Below are positions 52,330-64,000 of a stretch of 64,000 bases of DNA, in pieces (position 1 is the stretch's first letter; each line of letters starts with the position of its first letter). The notes under the pieces were generated by a model. It was given only the letters and a program-made list of their open reading frames with translations, did not search any database and had not been told where the DNA came from. This DNA comes from Monocercomonoides exilis PA203 (lineage: Eukaryota > Protista > Preaxostyla), in contig LSRY02000031.1 of NCBI GenBank assembly GCA_001643675.2, positions 868,001 to 932,000 of the forward strand, written 5' to 3'. A program made the position numbers and the translations under genes.

Positions 52330-55300
52330 TGTTATTTTAATAAGATGAAAGGATGTTCAGTCAGCAGAAAACTCGAAAATTGGCTTTTGAGAAGAGATGA
52401 CCTTGAAGCTTGTTGATTGCAGTTCTTCATTTGTTAACAAATCACCTATTTTCGAAGCAGATGAACTAAGTGCTGCGAGATATGAAAACGAACTGTTTAT
52501 TAAATCATCCGACTTGACGAAGAATATCGCAAACGCCGATCTCACATTTGTGACTGGAAATCTAGCAGATGTTTCACACATTTCCATGAAAGGATATGAT
52601 AGAAGCGATACAGAAAATGCATTCCATTGATCTATTTTTGGCTCAAACTGGGATCGGATATATTTGTTGGATGTGAAGGAAAAGATACAGGCGCCTGTGG
52701 ATTTTCTGGTCATCCTTGCCTGTCATAGTTCATTTTCTTACGTGATTGCCTGAAGGAAACGAAAGGGATGTTAACATCATTTGAAAAGGAATTCTCCAAA
52801 AAAGCAATGATCTCAATGGAATTTTTGTGAAATCGGACAAAAGCGAAGAGCTCTTTTCTTTGGAACGTCACGCTTCAATCAAAGAAGCAGAAAGCGACAA
52901 TAATGATTCAAATTATTGCAACATTTGAGATATTTAACTTTATTGTTGTTCCTTCGTCATCCACTTGCGGAGTCAGTACATTGCTGCATATTGGATCAAG
53001 CGAAGGATCGTTGACTTTTAAAGAATGCTCATTCACTAAAAAGGGGACGATAAAGAAGAAATTATAAACTTTGGGCTTATTAAAGCAGATGGAGGCACAG
53101 CTCAATTAGAATTTGTGACTATGCAATCGCTATCATTATCAAATGATATTGTTTCTGCACAGTTATCAACAATATTGAATTTGAAAAACGTGACAATGAA
53201 GAATATTCAGCTGGAAGGAGTTCAAATTGCACATAGCGAAGAGTACAGCTGATGGAAAAATATGGATCAGTGAAGTTGGACAGATTATTGTTATTGAGTT
53301 GAGCTAATCCAAGAAGTTTTCCAAAATATTACAAAAATGCGAGGTACATCCTGTATGAGTATCCACTTGCTCGAGCCTCCTTCATTTGCTCTCGATCGCC
53401 TCTGCTCCACCATCAAGTGCAGACACACCATCCTCGCAATCTCTTCAAACATAAAGATCGAGAGTTTCTTCTTTCTCATTTGCCAGTCTTTTTCGCATTT
53501 AAACAGTGGTGTTATGCTCAACGCGGATGAATACCAATAAATCTTCTTTGTTCAGTTTGCTTCTTCAGCTTCCTCATCAGCCACCTCTCCAGCTTCACGC
53601 AAAGTGCTCCTCAACTCCTCATTGATCGCTGTCAAGAATAGCCACTTGAGAATCGATAATGGTTCCATCCTGCATCTTTCATTTGCTCTCCTGCCTTTCC
53701 TCTTCTTCGCTACCGAAAACATCGCACTCTCAAAGATGACACTCCAATACCTCTATCAGTTTGGCTAGGCCTCCGAGATACGCTGCTGCAAGAGATCCTC
53801 GGCACAAAGCGTGGAAGCCGAGCATCTGGTGTTTTTGTTGTGCAGTATCTTCAGAATCCGTGCGACAGCCACTGGATACATTGCTTCTCTTCCGGCTCGT
53901 CTTTTTATGACAAAAAATTCACTCGAACAAACTTCCGATCTTCTGAATGTTCTGCGACTTTCCCTCACACTTGCAATGCATTCCATCTTCCACCAACAAA
54001 GCATAAGAACAGTCACAACAAGGAAGCATTGAAAGTTCAAATAAAGCAGCCAATCAATAACGAGATATGCTATTTAAGAGAGCTCCCAACGAATGTTCAT
54101 CAGTGGCAAACGGAAACAACGGAGATTTCATTTATTTGTTTCTTTGTTCAACTTAACAACCTCCATCATCAATCACTCCATGACAAACCCGTCAAAGGTG
54201 CGTCGTCTGTCTCTTGTGATGCAGTACGCATCGACGAAGCAAAGTTTGTAAGCAACTGGCCCTTTTCTTGCAGCAACACTTTAGCCAGTGACTATCCATC
54301 TGTATTCCGAAATGTCATTAGCTCCGATGAGGAATCACTAACGCTGGTGAGTTTGATAAAATGTGACGACACTTCAACATCTTTTTTTAGTGGATCCACA
54401 ACGAGGAGTGCATCCTGGCCTGAATCATCTGCAACCTCAACCCTCCATTCTTCTTCTCCGTGCTGCTGTATGCTGCAGACCAGGAGGATGGCAGCCACAT
54501 GGTGCTCACCATCCTCCTCTCGTTCATCCTGCCCAGCTTCTTCGCATTCCTTCTCGTCACAAGCATTGATGGCGCGAATGTGATTGAAAGACACGAGTTC
54601 GCAGATGATATGTGAAAGTTGGAGAATAAAACTCGGGAGCGCGTCCCCACTGGCCATATTTGCCTCAGCACACTCCTTTCCAATGATCTCGCTGTAACGT
54701 TTATGTTTGACGCGGTTGATGGCGTGCTGTGTGCAACATCGCACTTCGTCCTCAAAAACAGGCCAGAGCCTGCCAGCGCTGCCCACCCAGCCGAGGCTGC
54801 CACACCGGCACTCCCGTCCTGGCTCGTGCTTTTCCTCGTTGTCTTCAGCCAGCTGTTCATAGCTGTTTTGGATGTGCGGAGGTGGAAAGCAAAGAACGAA
54901 AACAAGAGCTTGAAGTGGATCTTGGCTGACGCAGCGCAGAACGATCCAAAGGCGTTTGAGACGGTTGCGATGGAAATGTCATTTGAAGAGCAGAGGCGAA
55001 GAACAGAGAGGGAGGCAGAGAAGAAAAATGATGAAAGAATCAAGAAGAGGGTGTATGAGAAAAGCTTGGGACACTCAGAATCGTCAGAGCATTTGTTGAG
55101 TGAGAGTGGCTCAACAGAATATATTTTGGGGAGAGACTCAGACAAGAACCCTGAATGGGCACTGGAGAAAGAAGAAGAGGAAGAGATCCGAAAGAGATCT
55201 CCTTCACCATCCATTTCATCCACTTCCACCACAGACACTTCAGATACTGACACGACATTTGTTCAGGGAGAAGAACTGTGCCCCACCACCTCGTCGATGT

Positions 55301-55428
55301 CGAATCTGGTGGATGCAATGGCCTGTTCGTCTCCTCATGAGAAATTGATTGTGGATCTGAGGGATTCACTGTTCATGCTGCTTCATGGAAGGAATGAGAC
55401 AAAGGAGATAAAGATAGTGAGTTTTTAA
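52330..55428 (+). pseudogene. Decayed, 3'-truncated paralogue of the receptor pseudokinase
   Basis: 54619-55428 retains a TM and a near-identical juxtamembrane tail (KKRVYEKSLGHSESSEHLLSESGSTEYILG..CPTTSSMSNLVDAMACSSPHEKLIVDLRDSLFMLLHGRN). Upstream fragments such as SMKGYDRSDTENAF resemble ectodomain repeats. 5' boundary approximate. Confidence 0.8.
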
Positions 55429-55869
55429 GACAGAATGCTTTTTTATTTAAAAAAGACATGAAAGGATTCATACATGAAACTCTGATTTGAATACATAAAG
55501 TGTTTTCAATAGTGACAAAATGAAAGATCTAACTTGTCAGTGACAGATCTGACAAGTGACAAAACCGCAATATTTTTATTTGATCATTTTGTCACTTGAA
55601 AAAAATTATTTGAAAGTGTTGAGATTTTTGTCGAAAGTTGAAAAAAATATAACACAATGACATAAAAATATTCAATAACGTTCAAATATATATAAATTTT
55701 CAATTGTTAATATATATATATTTTTTAATTTGTGTGACAAAAAAAATGACAAAGAAAAATAGTCACGCCTGTCATTTTAAAGTCTTTTCCAATTTTTCAT
55801 GTCATATCACACAGGGTTAATTGCTTTTATTCAATTTTTGGAGCAACCTTCGATTTCAAAGCCTTTTTA

Positions 55870-56780
55870 ACACAAATCTTCTTGCGGACCGGATTGTGCA
55901 TCAGTTGTCTCTTCGCTCTTTGCATCCATCTTCTTCATCATCATCACATTTTCTTTTTGGAGAGATAGACAAGCACTCCTGTATTCTTTGCTATTTCTGT
56001 GATTGAGGAGCGAAGAGAAGACGGGAGCAGGAAATGGACAGTTATTATCACCATCATTGTAGCCTGCAATTGATCTTTAGGACACGTCAACAGTGGTGGC
56101 TGCGTCATATATTTCCGCAGTTGCAATGAACGATATCGACAGACAGCTGCTGATTTTGGTTACTGAGGCAGCTTGGGTGCATGCTCGGCACATGCAGCTG
56201 TCGCAGCGGGCACTGTGGGGATATGTTGTGGCTCGGCGGGCGGTGCTGTATGGGGGTGTTGTGTGTGCACACGATGTGGCGCTTTCGGCGATGCTTTCGG
56301 TTCCGCTGGTGGGTCCGCTTCCGTCGCTTGCAGCGTCGGTGGGCACGAAGTCGGGGAGCAAGCGGATCTTTGCAGCGCCAGACGTGAATGCTTTCCCGTC
56401 GATCTATGATCTGTTTGACCAGTCGCTGCAAATATGGCGATCGCAACAGTCGAGGCGTGTGGTGGTGAAGTGATGGGGCGAGGGGTTGCAATGTGTGAAG
56501 TGGGGGAGATTGTGGAGAAAGAGTTGGATGTGGCTGGGCTGAGGATGGAAGATGTGATTCTGTCACAAGCAGCGATTGCACAAGCGGTGCTGGAGGAGCT
56601 CGAAGAGGCAGAGGAAGGAGATGGGAATGAGGAGAAAGGCTGGCATCCGACAGCGCACAGAGAGTTTGTGGAGAGAATCAAAGAGAACCAGGGGAAGCTG
56701 GAAGAAGCGATGGAGCTGCTGATTGTGGAGGCGCTTGGGTTGAGTGGGCTGAGGTTTGTGAAGGCGGAGACCTGGACAGC
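55870..56780 (+). pseudogene. IQCH: Second IQCH-like fragment
   Basis: Paralogous to 36430-37360, including LPSLAASVGTKSGSKRIFAAPDVNAFPSIYDLFD and TAHREFV. Confidence 0.75.
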
Positions 56781-56999
56781 GATTTCCTTGGAGTGTCTCC
56801 TATTACAGATGCTTCATTCTTGACAAGCTTTGCGTGCCTGCTCCGTCACACTGGAATACTTAAAGGGATATGAATAGTATAGCAGGAGACGCAGATAAGT
56901 GTTTGGGTTTTTAAAACAATGGAAAGTTTCATTGAAATAATTAGAGACGTGGAGATATTGCATATATCAGCCAATGATTTTACAAAAAATGAGGAAAAA

Positions 57000-59280
57000 G
57001 ACAAGATCTGATTGAAAAGTTGGGGGAAAAAATTGTTGGTTTTGAGCTGAGTTTAAAATGAAGAAGAAGAAGAAAATGAAGAAAATCGGTATGTTTGTGG
57101 TATTTCAATAAGGTGTGGATTGACGATCTGTGCGCTAATCCAAAAAAATCCTGTGGTCGAAGTGGCTGCAAATTGTAGATGGGCAGACGATGAAAGCGCT
57201 CGACTAGCTGGACATGCAGCTTTTGCGAAGCCAGCTGGTTGTACGGGCGAAATGGCGGAGATCTTGCTAAGGCTCAACAACGAAGAGATATTTGACTCTG
57301 TGGCATTTGGAGATCTTTATTCCGCATGTGATAAGGAATGGTGTAAATATTAAGAAGGCAAAGGAAAGAGACTTGACTGATGAGTTTTGTACGCTTGTCG
57401 AAGGGATCGATGAAAAGCAGAGAAGTGCGACTTTGATTGCAGCATCTGAATAGGTAGAAAGGAGCTGATGAGTTATGCGAACACACATATCCCGTTTCAT
57501 CTTTGGAAGCTGTGCCGTGAAGTGGCAGCATCTGTTGGAAAGAAACGCAAATGATTTTGTAACTACTTTAACGACATCGGAAGAGATATTTGAGGTTACA
57601 CAAAAGTGTAAACAAAAAGCAGAAGAAGACAATGAAAAGAAGATTCTGTTCAACAGAACAGCGATGAAGCGTGAGCATGTGTTTTGTCGAGTGCTTGCGT
57701 GGTGTTTGATACCGAGACTCAGCTGACGGGGTTGGAAGAGGGGAGACAGGTAGAGGTGCAAACAGCGAAGAAGCAGGAATCGTTCAACGCATTAGACAAG
57801 AAGCTCGGTGCAGAAGAGGAGTTCATTCAGAGAAGGCAGTCAAATGATATGTACCGGGCGATCAATGAAGTTGCGACACTTCGTGGGCCATTGCAGATTG
57901 TCCGCGCTTTTTCAGCAGCTGCTCAGATGGGTGTTCCGATGATGTTGAAGATGGTGGAGGGGAAAGTGCATTATGCCTTTATCTCTTCTTCTTCTACTGC
58001 TTCATCTTCTGCATGTGCTAATATTTCTTTAAGTGGTAATGATGAAGAGATAACGCATGTTGCGAAGTTTCAGTTGGTGAAACATTCGAAGGAGTTGATA
58101 GAGAAATAATATCATCACGCAGTGTTTTTCATTACAGTTTTTAATGAGCGGAGCCATTTCTATCTAGATTATGCGAAGAATCTGCTTGCGGGAGTGGAAG
58201 AAGGGATAGCATATGATATTCGTGGGTGTGTGAGGGTTCTTCCTTTTGTGTCAGCAAATACAATAAAATGCGCAGATTATTTTACGACTGGGGAGTTTTC
58301 AGCAGGGTTTAAAGATGTTAGTGTGTGACCGGCTTCTATGGAGAAGGAATTTGAGATTATCAGATGATGAGGAAGTTCTGCAATTTGAAGCAAGAACACA
58401 GCACCCGTGCCGTTTGTGAGGGAGATGGAGATTGTCGATGAAAAGAAAGAAGAAGAAGAAGGAAAAAAAAAAAGAAGAGAAGAAAGAGTTGGAGTTATAT
58501 GGGCAAGACAAACTCGCGGAGATGAAACAGATGATTGTGCAAAAGTTTGTGTTTGATACAAATGAAGTGTGAAAAGTGAATGAAGAAGGGAAGAAGGCGA
58601 GGAAGAATGCGGAGGAAGATAAGATGCATGCAGTACTGGAGCATGTGTAATACGTGGTGTTGTTGAGTACGATATCAGTGCAGAGGTTGGTGGATGTGAG
58701 GATGCAAGTTTCTTGAAGGTTCGGTCCCGCTTCAAACTAGTTGTGCAAGGAAGACATAGAGCATTGTTCTGGAGGAGTGTGGAACGCAGATGCTGCCAAA
58801 TGCATTTTATTTCTCGAGGAGTGGAGAGTTTGTGCATTATCCTGAGCACGTGGCGATGCCGGGGCTGTTGTGCGCAGCAGCCGAGAGGGAGGGCACAGGG
58901 TGATGGTGGAAGCAGAATGGAGGATGATGGAGGCAGAGCGGAGAGATTGGTGTGATGTGTCGAAGGAGGCGGGAAAGAAATGTCGCTGGAGTTTCTGGAG
59001 AAGGAGAACCTGCACCGAGCAGATGAGGACCTGCAGATGATATCGTGGCGGTTGGAGGAGAAGATTGTGTTTGAGAGCGTGATTGGGTGATGTTGCCAGT
59101 GTGTTAAGAGGCCGGTGACGAAGGAAGAGGTGTGTGTGCAAGAGAATCGCCCGCTAATCAGTGTTCAGATGTTTGTGTTTGGCAGAGAAGAAAAAGAAGA
59201 AGAGGAGGAGAGATGATGTCGAACAAGAATATGATGAAATGAAAATAGAGTGTGAAGAGAAAGAAGATTGAAGAGAGAAG
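57000..59280 (+). pseudogene. Unidentified decayed coding sequence
   Basis: Purine- and GC-richer stretch with consecutive plus-strand ORFs separated by single stops or frameshifts (57120, 57475, 57684, 58122). No family recognised. Confidence 0.4.
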
Positions 59281-59289
59281 ATAAATTTT

Positions 59290-59910
59290 GAAAAGATTGT
59301 TTTAACAGTTGTTGCGATCATCACTGAACTGGATGTTAAACTTGCATCGGAGACTGTCCAACCACTCTGCTCATCATTTCTTCGGATTTCATGTTTCTTT
59401 TCAGAAAATTCCAATTCTTCGCTCATCAAAATCATTCCATTCACAATAATTATCTTTATTCCTGTGTATTTTGTGAGTTATTTCTTCAAAATCATTCAGG
59501 GAAATTGGACAATTCCAAAGTGTGAGTGATTGCATGCCTCAGAATTGCTCACATATATTTCTTCTAGGTTGGTAAGGAGATACATACACAGAGAGATTAC
59601 TAAACTCGTGTTTCCATTGTCATATCCTCTCACTTTGTCAATAGAATCTAAAGAGGCTGTGGCACATGCAATTTTTCTTGAAGTTGCAATTTCTTCCAGA
59701 TAAGGCGAAAAAACAAAGATATATCTTCCCCACTTGGCTGTTCTTATTCCGAATGAAAATGATATCAAGAAGCTGGGATTTTCAGTAACAATTGAAGGTT
59801 AATTCCTCCCCCAAAACTGTGGAATGTCAAGGAAAATCTGTTACTGCAAAATCCTTTTCCAAATTTGCTTTATTCGTCACTCCCACACACAGCATCATCG
59901 ACCCTCTTTT
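59290..59910 (-). pseudogene. Fragment of a receptor-pseudokinase ectodomain repeat
   Basis: AKWGRYIFVFSPYLEEIATSRKIACATASLDSIDKVRGYDNGNTSLVISLCMYL aligns with AKWGSDIFVDSIDLESTATSGKIASLTASLETKSKMQGYENGDESFPIPLCVYL of the 2622-aa ORF. Confidence 0.8.
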
Positions 59911-60547
59911 TGATTGTGAAATACTTCCGCACTAGGATAATGATAAATTTTTTGCATTGTAATTTGCATCAATAATTGATGTAATAAATGTTAACTATCT
60001 TCTGCAAACTTATCAAGCAATAAAAGAAAGTTTAATAATCTTTCGAAAAATGAAACGTTCATACCAAAATTTACGAAAACAGTATAATTTATGTATTTTT
60101 CATGTTATTCTTACTTGTGCGTTCAATCATCGCTTTCATGTTAAGTTCAGGTATGCAATACACAATGAAAAATTCTATTCAAATAAAATTTTGAATTAAC
60201 ATTGAAAATCAAGTTTGTCAGGGGAAAAAATCGAAATACACTATGAATAATTCTTTGTTTAGCAATTGAAAAATAGTTCAATCAAGTGAAACTCTTTTTC
60301 ATCGAAAAAATGATATTTTAATTTTGATCAATAAACTTGACACATAATTTTTTGAAAAAGAATATATCTTCTTATAAAGAAGTTTGTTATGAGCCAACAA
60401 ACATCACTGTGAAAGTTTATTATTTTCATTTGTATTATGGAAACGGAATGTTTTAAATTAACTTTCATGGGACAAATTTTTGATCTGTTGCGACTTTTTA
60501 AAAATAACAACCTATTTGCATTTTGAAAATTTTCTTTTGTGATTGTC

Positions 60548-60558
60548 AAAAAAAAAAA

Positions 60559-60633
<75 letters not shown>

Positions 60634-60654
60634 AAAGAAAAGAAAAGAAAAGAA

Positions 60655-60686
<32 letters not shown>

Positions 60687-60690
60687 AAAA
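60548..60690. repeat. Poly(A) grading into (GAAAA)n/(GAAA)n microsatellite
   Basis: Direct reading. Confidence 0.95.
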
Positions 60691-60910
60691 GTGTGAACTT
60701 TATTTATACAAAAGATTCAATTTTTGTCTTGTTTCAAAGAAAAACATTAATTTCTTAAGTTTTTTATCATTCACTTTTTGTCTTTTTATTCAGATACAAA
60801 AACATCTTTATTAATATTGAGTTTCTCTTTTCATTAGCTTTAAAATAAACAATATAAATAATTTTGCTCAAACAATTTTGCTTTCTTTTCAAAATGCGAA
60901 AACAAAAAAG

Positions 60911-61752
60911 GGCATGACTTCCGATCATTGCATCCATTTTGATCAAACCCTTTAAAAAATATAATAATGATAAGTTTTCTTATTTTTTCTATGAACTTTG
61001 AAATGAAAATTTTCGCACAAACAAATAAAAGCACAAATAATTAAATTGAATCAGATTCTTCCCAACTGGATGCTTTTTCTCCGTCATCTTCCATTATTTT
61101 CTCAATCGAATTAACTGTTGCATCTGTGTCATCTATTCAAACGGATGAAACACTGCTCGTTGCTGTTTTTGTTCCATCTTCACTTTTTTCATAAACTTCA
61201 TCGTATGTTTTTTCGTATATCTCAGGATTATATCCAAATACAATTTCATATAATTTCCGTATTGAAATTTTCTCTATTTAACGCAATATTTATGCAGCAA
61301 TGAAATCTTCAATGTGACGCTGGCAAGTTTCATTTGGTGGGAAATACCTTCTCAACCCACTCCAGACAGCTTCGATGTTATTTGCATGACAGTTTATTAT
61401 TAAATTTTTTATAATTCCTTTCTGTGATTAACTGTTTCATGCCCAAAACCAAGCTCCTGCAACTTTGAGTAGGCTTTCCAACAATCTGAATATATCATTG
61501 TCCCAGGCTCAACGGTTTTTGTTTTTTTATGAAGCAGCGTTTTTGAATCCCTTTTTTTTCACCGGAATTATAAATGCTATATTTCCTAAAGGATTTTTCT
61601 CTTAGATACCAAACATCCAAACCTGCTTTTTGGATCTGCCCCTATGACACTTTCTTTTCCGCAACAAACACTCATCCAATTCAACAACCTTTCCAACACC
61701 TCCTAATTTTTCTTTTCTTTTCTTTTCTATTCTTTTCTTTTCTTTTCTATTC

Positions 61753-61783
<31 letters not shown>

Positions 61784-62288
61784 CTTTTCTTTTTTTGAGA
61801 AGAATTCTGAACAACAAGCTTGTCTGCAAATTGCAAAAATTTCCCAGTGATTTTTTCTCCAAGGCCTGAATGAGATCTGGCCTGAAGCTGCTGCAGGCCT
61901 AAGTGAAATAACAAAATAGTTTGAAATATAAATTTATTTTTTGCTTTTGTATGATAATAAGGAGTATTTATAAAAATTGAATTATTGCTTTTGCATTTTC
62001 TGCAATGATAAACAAATCTTCCTGTTGGATATGCGTAGAAAAACATATCTTCTTTGCATAGAAAGCATTTCTTTGAATTGGAAATTATTTTATTATCGAA
62101 TAACCAGTGTAAACTGCTTTCACTGTTGCTGAATGTTTTGAATAAGATATGAGGAGAGTTTATTTCAGTGGAATTTTCCTCAATTTCCATTATTCTGAAC
62201 AAATTTATGAAACATAAAAATTCAATTCGATTTTTTTTATATGATATTGGGACAAATCAAAAAAGATGCCATGATCGAATGTTATGCC
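60911..62288 (-). mobile_element. Second Merlin (IS1595-family) DNA transposon, degenerate transposase
   Basis: 40-bp TIRs GGCATGACTTCCGATCATTGCATCC.. and (reverse complement of right end) GGCATAACATTCGATCATGGCATCT... 8-bp TSD CAAAAAAG (60903-60910) / CAAAAAAT (62289-62296). Motifs CFLC..CRKC, LGGVGKVVELDE, RKCHRGR..WMFG, MIYSDCWKAY, HETVNH, IEAVWSGLRR. Confidence 0.92.
61707..61796. repeat. (TTTTC)n microsatellite inside the Merlin transposase CDS
   Basis: Direct reading; interrupts the frame between QNSSQK and KLGGVGK. Confidence 0.9.
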
Positions 62289-62749
62289 CAAAAAATGCTA
62301 ATTTGCAGAAGAAAAGCTTTTTCTTCAAGAAATCGGAGTTTACTTCAACGATACTCTTTTCTTTTTTGAATCGAAAAAAAAATCAAGATATTTTTGGAGA
62401 AAGAAAACCAATATAATTGAGAATAATTTCATCAATTTGAATGCATTGAAAGGACGATAATGGAACATTATTCAAAAAGTTAAACGAAATAATCTTCTGG
62501 ATTATGATCTTTATTATAGGATTGATCGCAAGGAGAAAAAAGGATCTTATTGATCCTCCAGCCAAAGCATATTGAGCGGTTTTACCTCTTCTTTTTCCAA
62601 TAATATCAAATACTTATCAGGCTAATCCATTTGATCTGTCATTATTCTCAAAGATTTTTGAAGGATAAGGAAGATGTTTGTTTCTGTCAATCATTTCGTA
62701 AATTGAATTGCCATTTCTTTTCACTTGTCCAGAATATACCACAATCGAA

Positions 62750-64000
62750 ATGAGTTCAATTACCGAGAAAAGATTGAATAGAGAACTGATTATAAAATTT
62801 ATAAGTTTGTTTTTGCTACTTTTTTTTTTTTTTTTTTGAATAGAGAGTACTTATAAATTTTAACAACAGAATTGGCCTCCACGCTGTCAAAGCTTAATGA
62901 ATCGGAACAAAAGCAGAAAATCATTGAGATGAATGGGATGATTAATGAAATGAGCAAAAATGATTTGGATTTTGTCATGTCTGTGACATTATTTCGTGAT
63001 ATAAATGAATTGATCAATCATGATAAAATGACAGCCGAAAATGCAACATTGTTTTTTAGAAACATGGGCTATTTCAAATTATTGTTCTTGATCACCGATG
63101 ATAGTTTCGATGATTCTTCACTTGGAGACATATTTAGAAGGATGATTTTAAAAGAAAAAAGAAGAAAAGAAGAAAAGAATGAAAAGAATGAAAAGCTTCT
63201 TATAGATCTTATCGAATGTCTTCTAAGCATGACAATGGAATCTGAAACTTTTCCAAAGGATGTTTATTCATATTATGTGCCAAGCTTGCTGAATGTTGCA
63301 CAGAACAAAGAGGAAAGCGAAGAAGCTCAAAAAGATGTGGAAATGGCTTTGTTGGCTTTAAGCAACATTAACAAACATTGCGTATGAACATTTCTATTTC
63401 ATTTTTGTTAAAGTCAAATTTTTATTCATTTTAAACAGAATTTGAAAAAAGAACTATATATTAATGGGATTACAGAAATCATGAAATATCATCAAGAACA
63501 TCACAATCTCACTCAACTGGCGTATCAGTCTGCTTGGCAGTTTCTGGGAAACAGATTGGACGCTGACAAAAGCTTGAATGAAGTAATTGTGAATGAGCTA
63601 CATTTTGGAAAAGAAGCAAAAAGGGAAATGGATGAATTGTGGAAGTGCATGAATGAGAAGAAGGAAAAAGAGAACAGGAAAGAGCAAAACGAAATTTCAG
63701 TGATGAAAAGATGGTTCAATACAATCGATAATTTGCCTCTGGTTTTAATTTTGTCGCAAGAGGAATTTGATGAACTGATTTATTACCTTGTCAGTCTGTG
63801 CAGAGCAGCAAAGAAGGATGAACCAGAATTGCACAAAGAAATAACACATTTTTTAAGAACGAATTCAATCGATATTTTATTTAGCGAAGACTCTTTTTTG
63901 AAGGGTCGTATTTTTAATCTCTTTTTGGGGGAACTTCAGCAATCAACGTTGGACAGTAATATTGTAGAAGACGGTTTACTGTTCTTTTTAATGTTTTTAA
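62750..64000 (+). CDS. 'QEH' family helical protein, copy 4 (runs off the right edge)
   Basis: ATG 62750. Exon 2 LSKLNESEQKQKIIEMN..VEMALLALSNI. Exon 3 LYINGITEIMKYHQEHHNLTQLAYQSAWQFL. GT-AG introns at the family positions. Confidence 0.85.

Noticed and set aside
57684-58328. Resemblance to CYFIP/NCKAP1/WASH-complex helical proteins
   Set aside because: Only a vague impression; no motif matched well enough to name.

Overview
AT-rich eukaryotic DNA with short GT-AG introns and the standard genetic code. From memory of its expanded gene families, it is most likely the amitochondriate oxymonad Monocercomonoides exilis or a close relative; this is inference, not a database result. Conserved genes: DTWD1 (tRNA acp3U synthase), a WD40-only TAF5-like gene, and a hugely expanded CPSF73/YSH1. 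Lineage-specific families: four copies of a three-exon helical-protein family ('IKEIIKYHQEH'), and one intact 2.6-kaa beta-helix receptor pseudokinase plus two decayed paralogous fragments. Damaged genes: a kelch/Cys-rich multi-TM gene and a PRR11/MTFR/VCA-like gene that each carry isolated lesions, and IQCH and WDR70 pseudogene fragments. The rest is a dense, nested mobile-DNA landscape. It includes the 5' end of a DIRS-type retrotransposon plus a second RT remnant, two Merlin/IS1595 transposons with resolvable TIRs and 8-bp TSDs, several MITE families, and two ~1-kb near-perfect palindromes. No rRNA, tRNA or CRISPR array was recognised. I cannot demonstrate a wholly new biochemical system. 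The best candidates are the modular receptor-pseudokinase family (conserved cytoplasmic tail, divergent ectodomains), the kelch-ERGIC-like fusion, the giant palindromes, and a possible CUG-initiated CPSF73.
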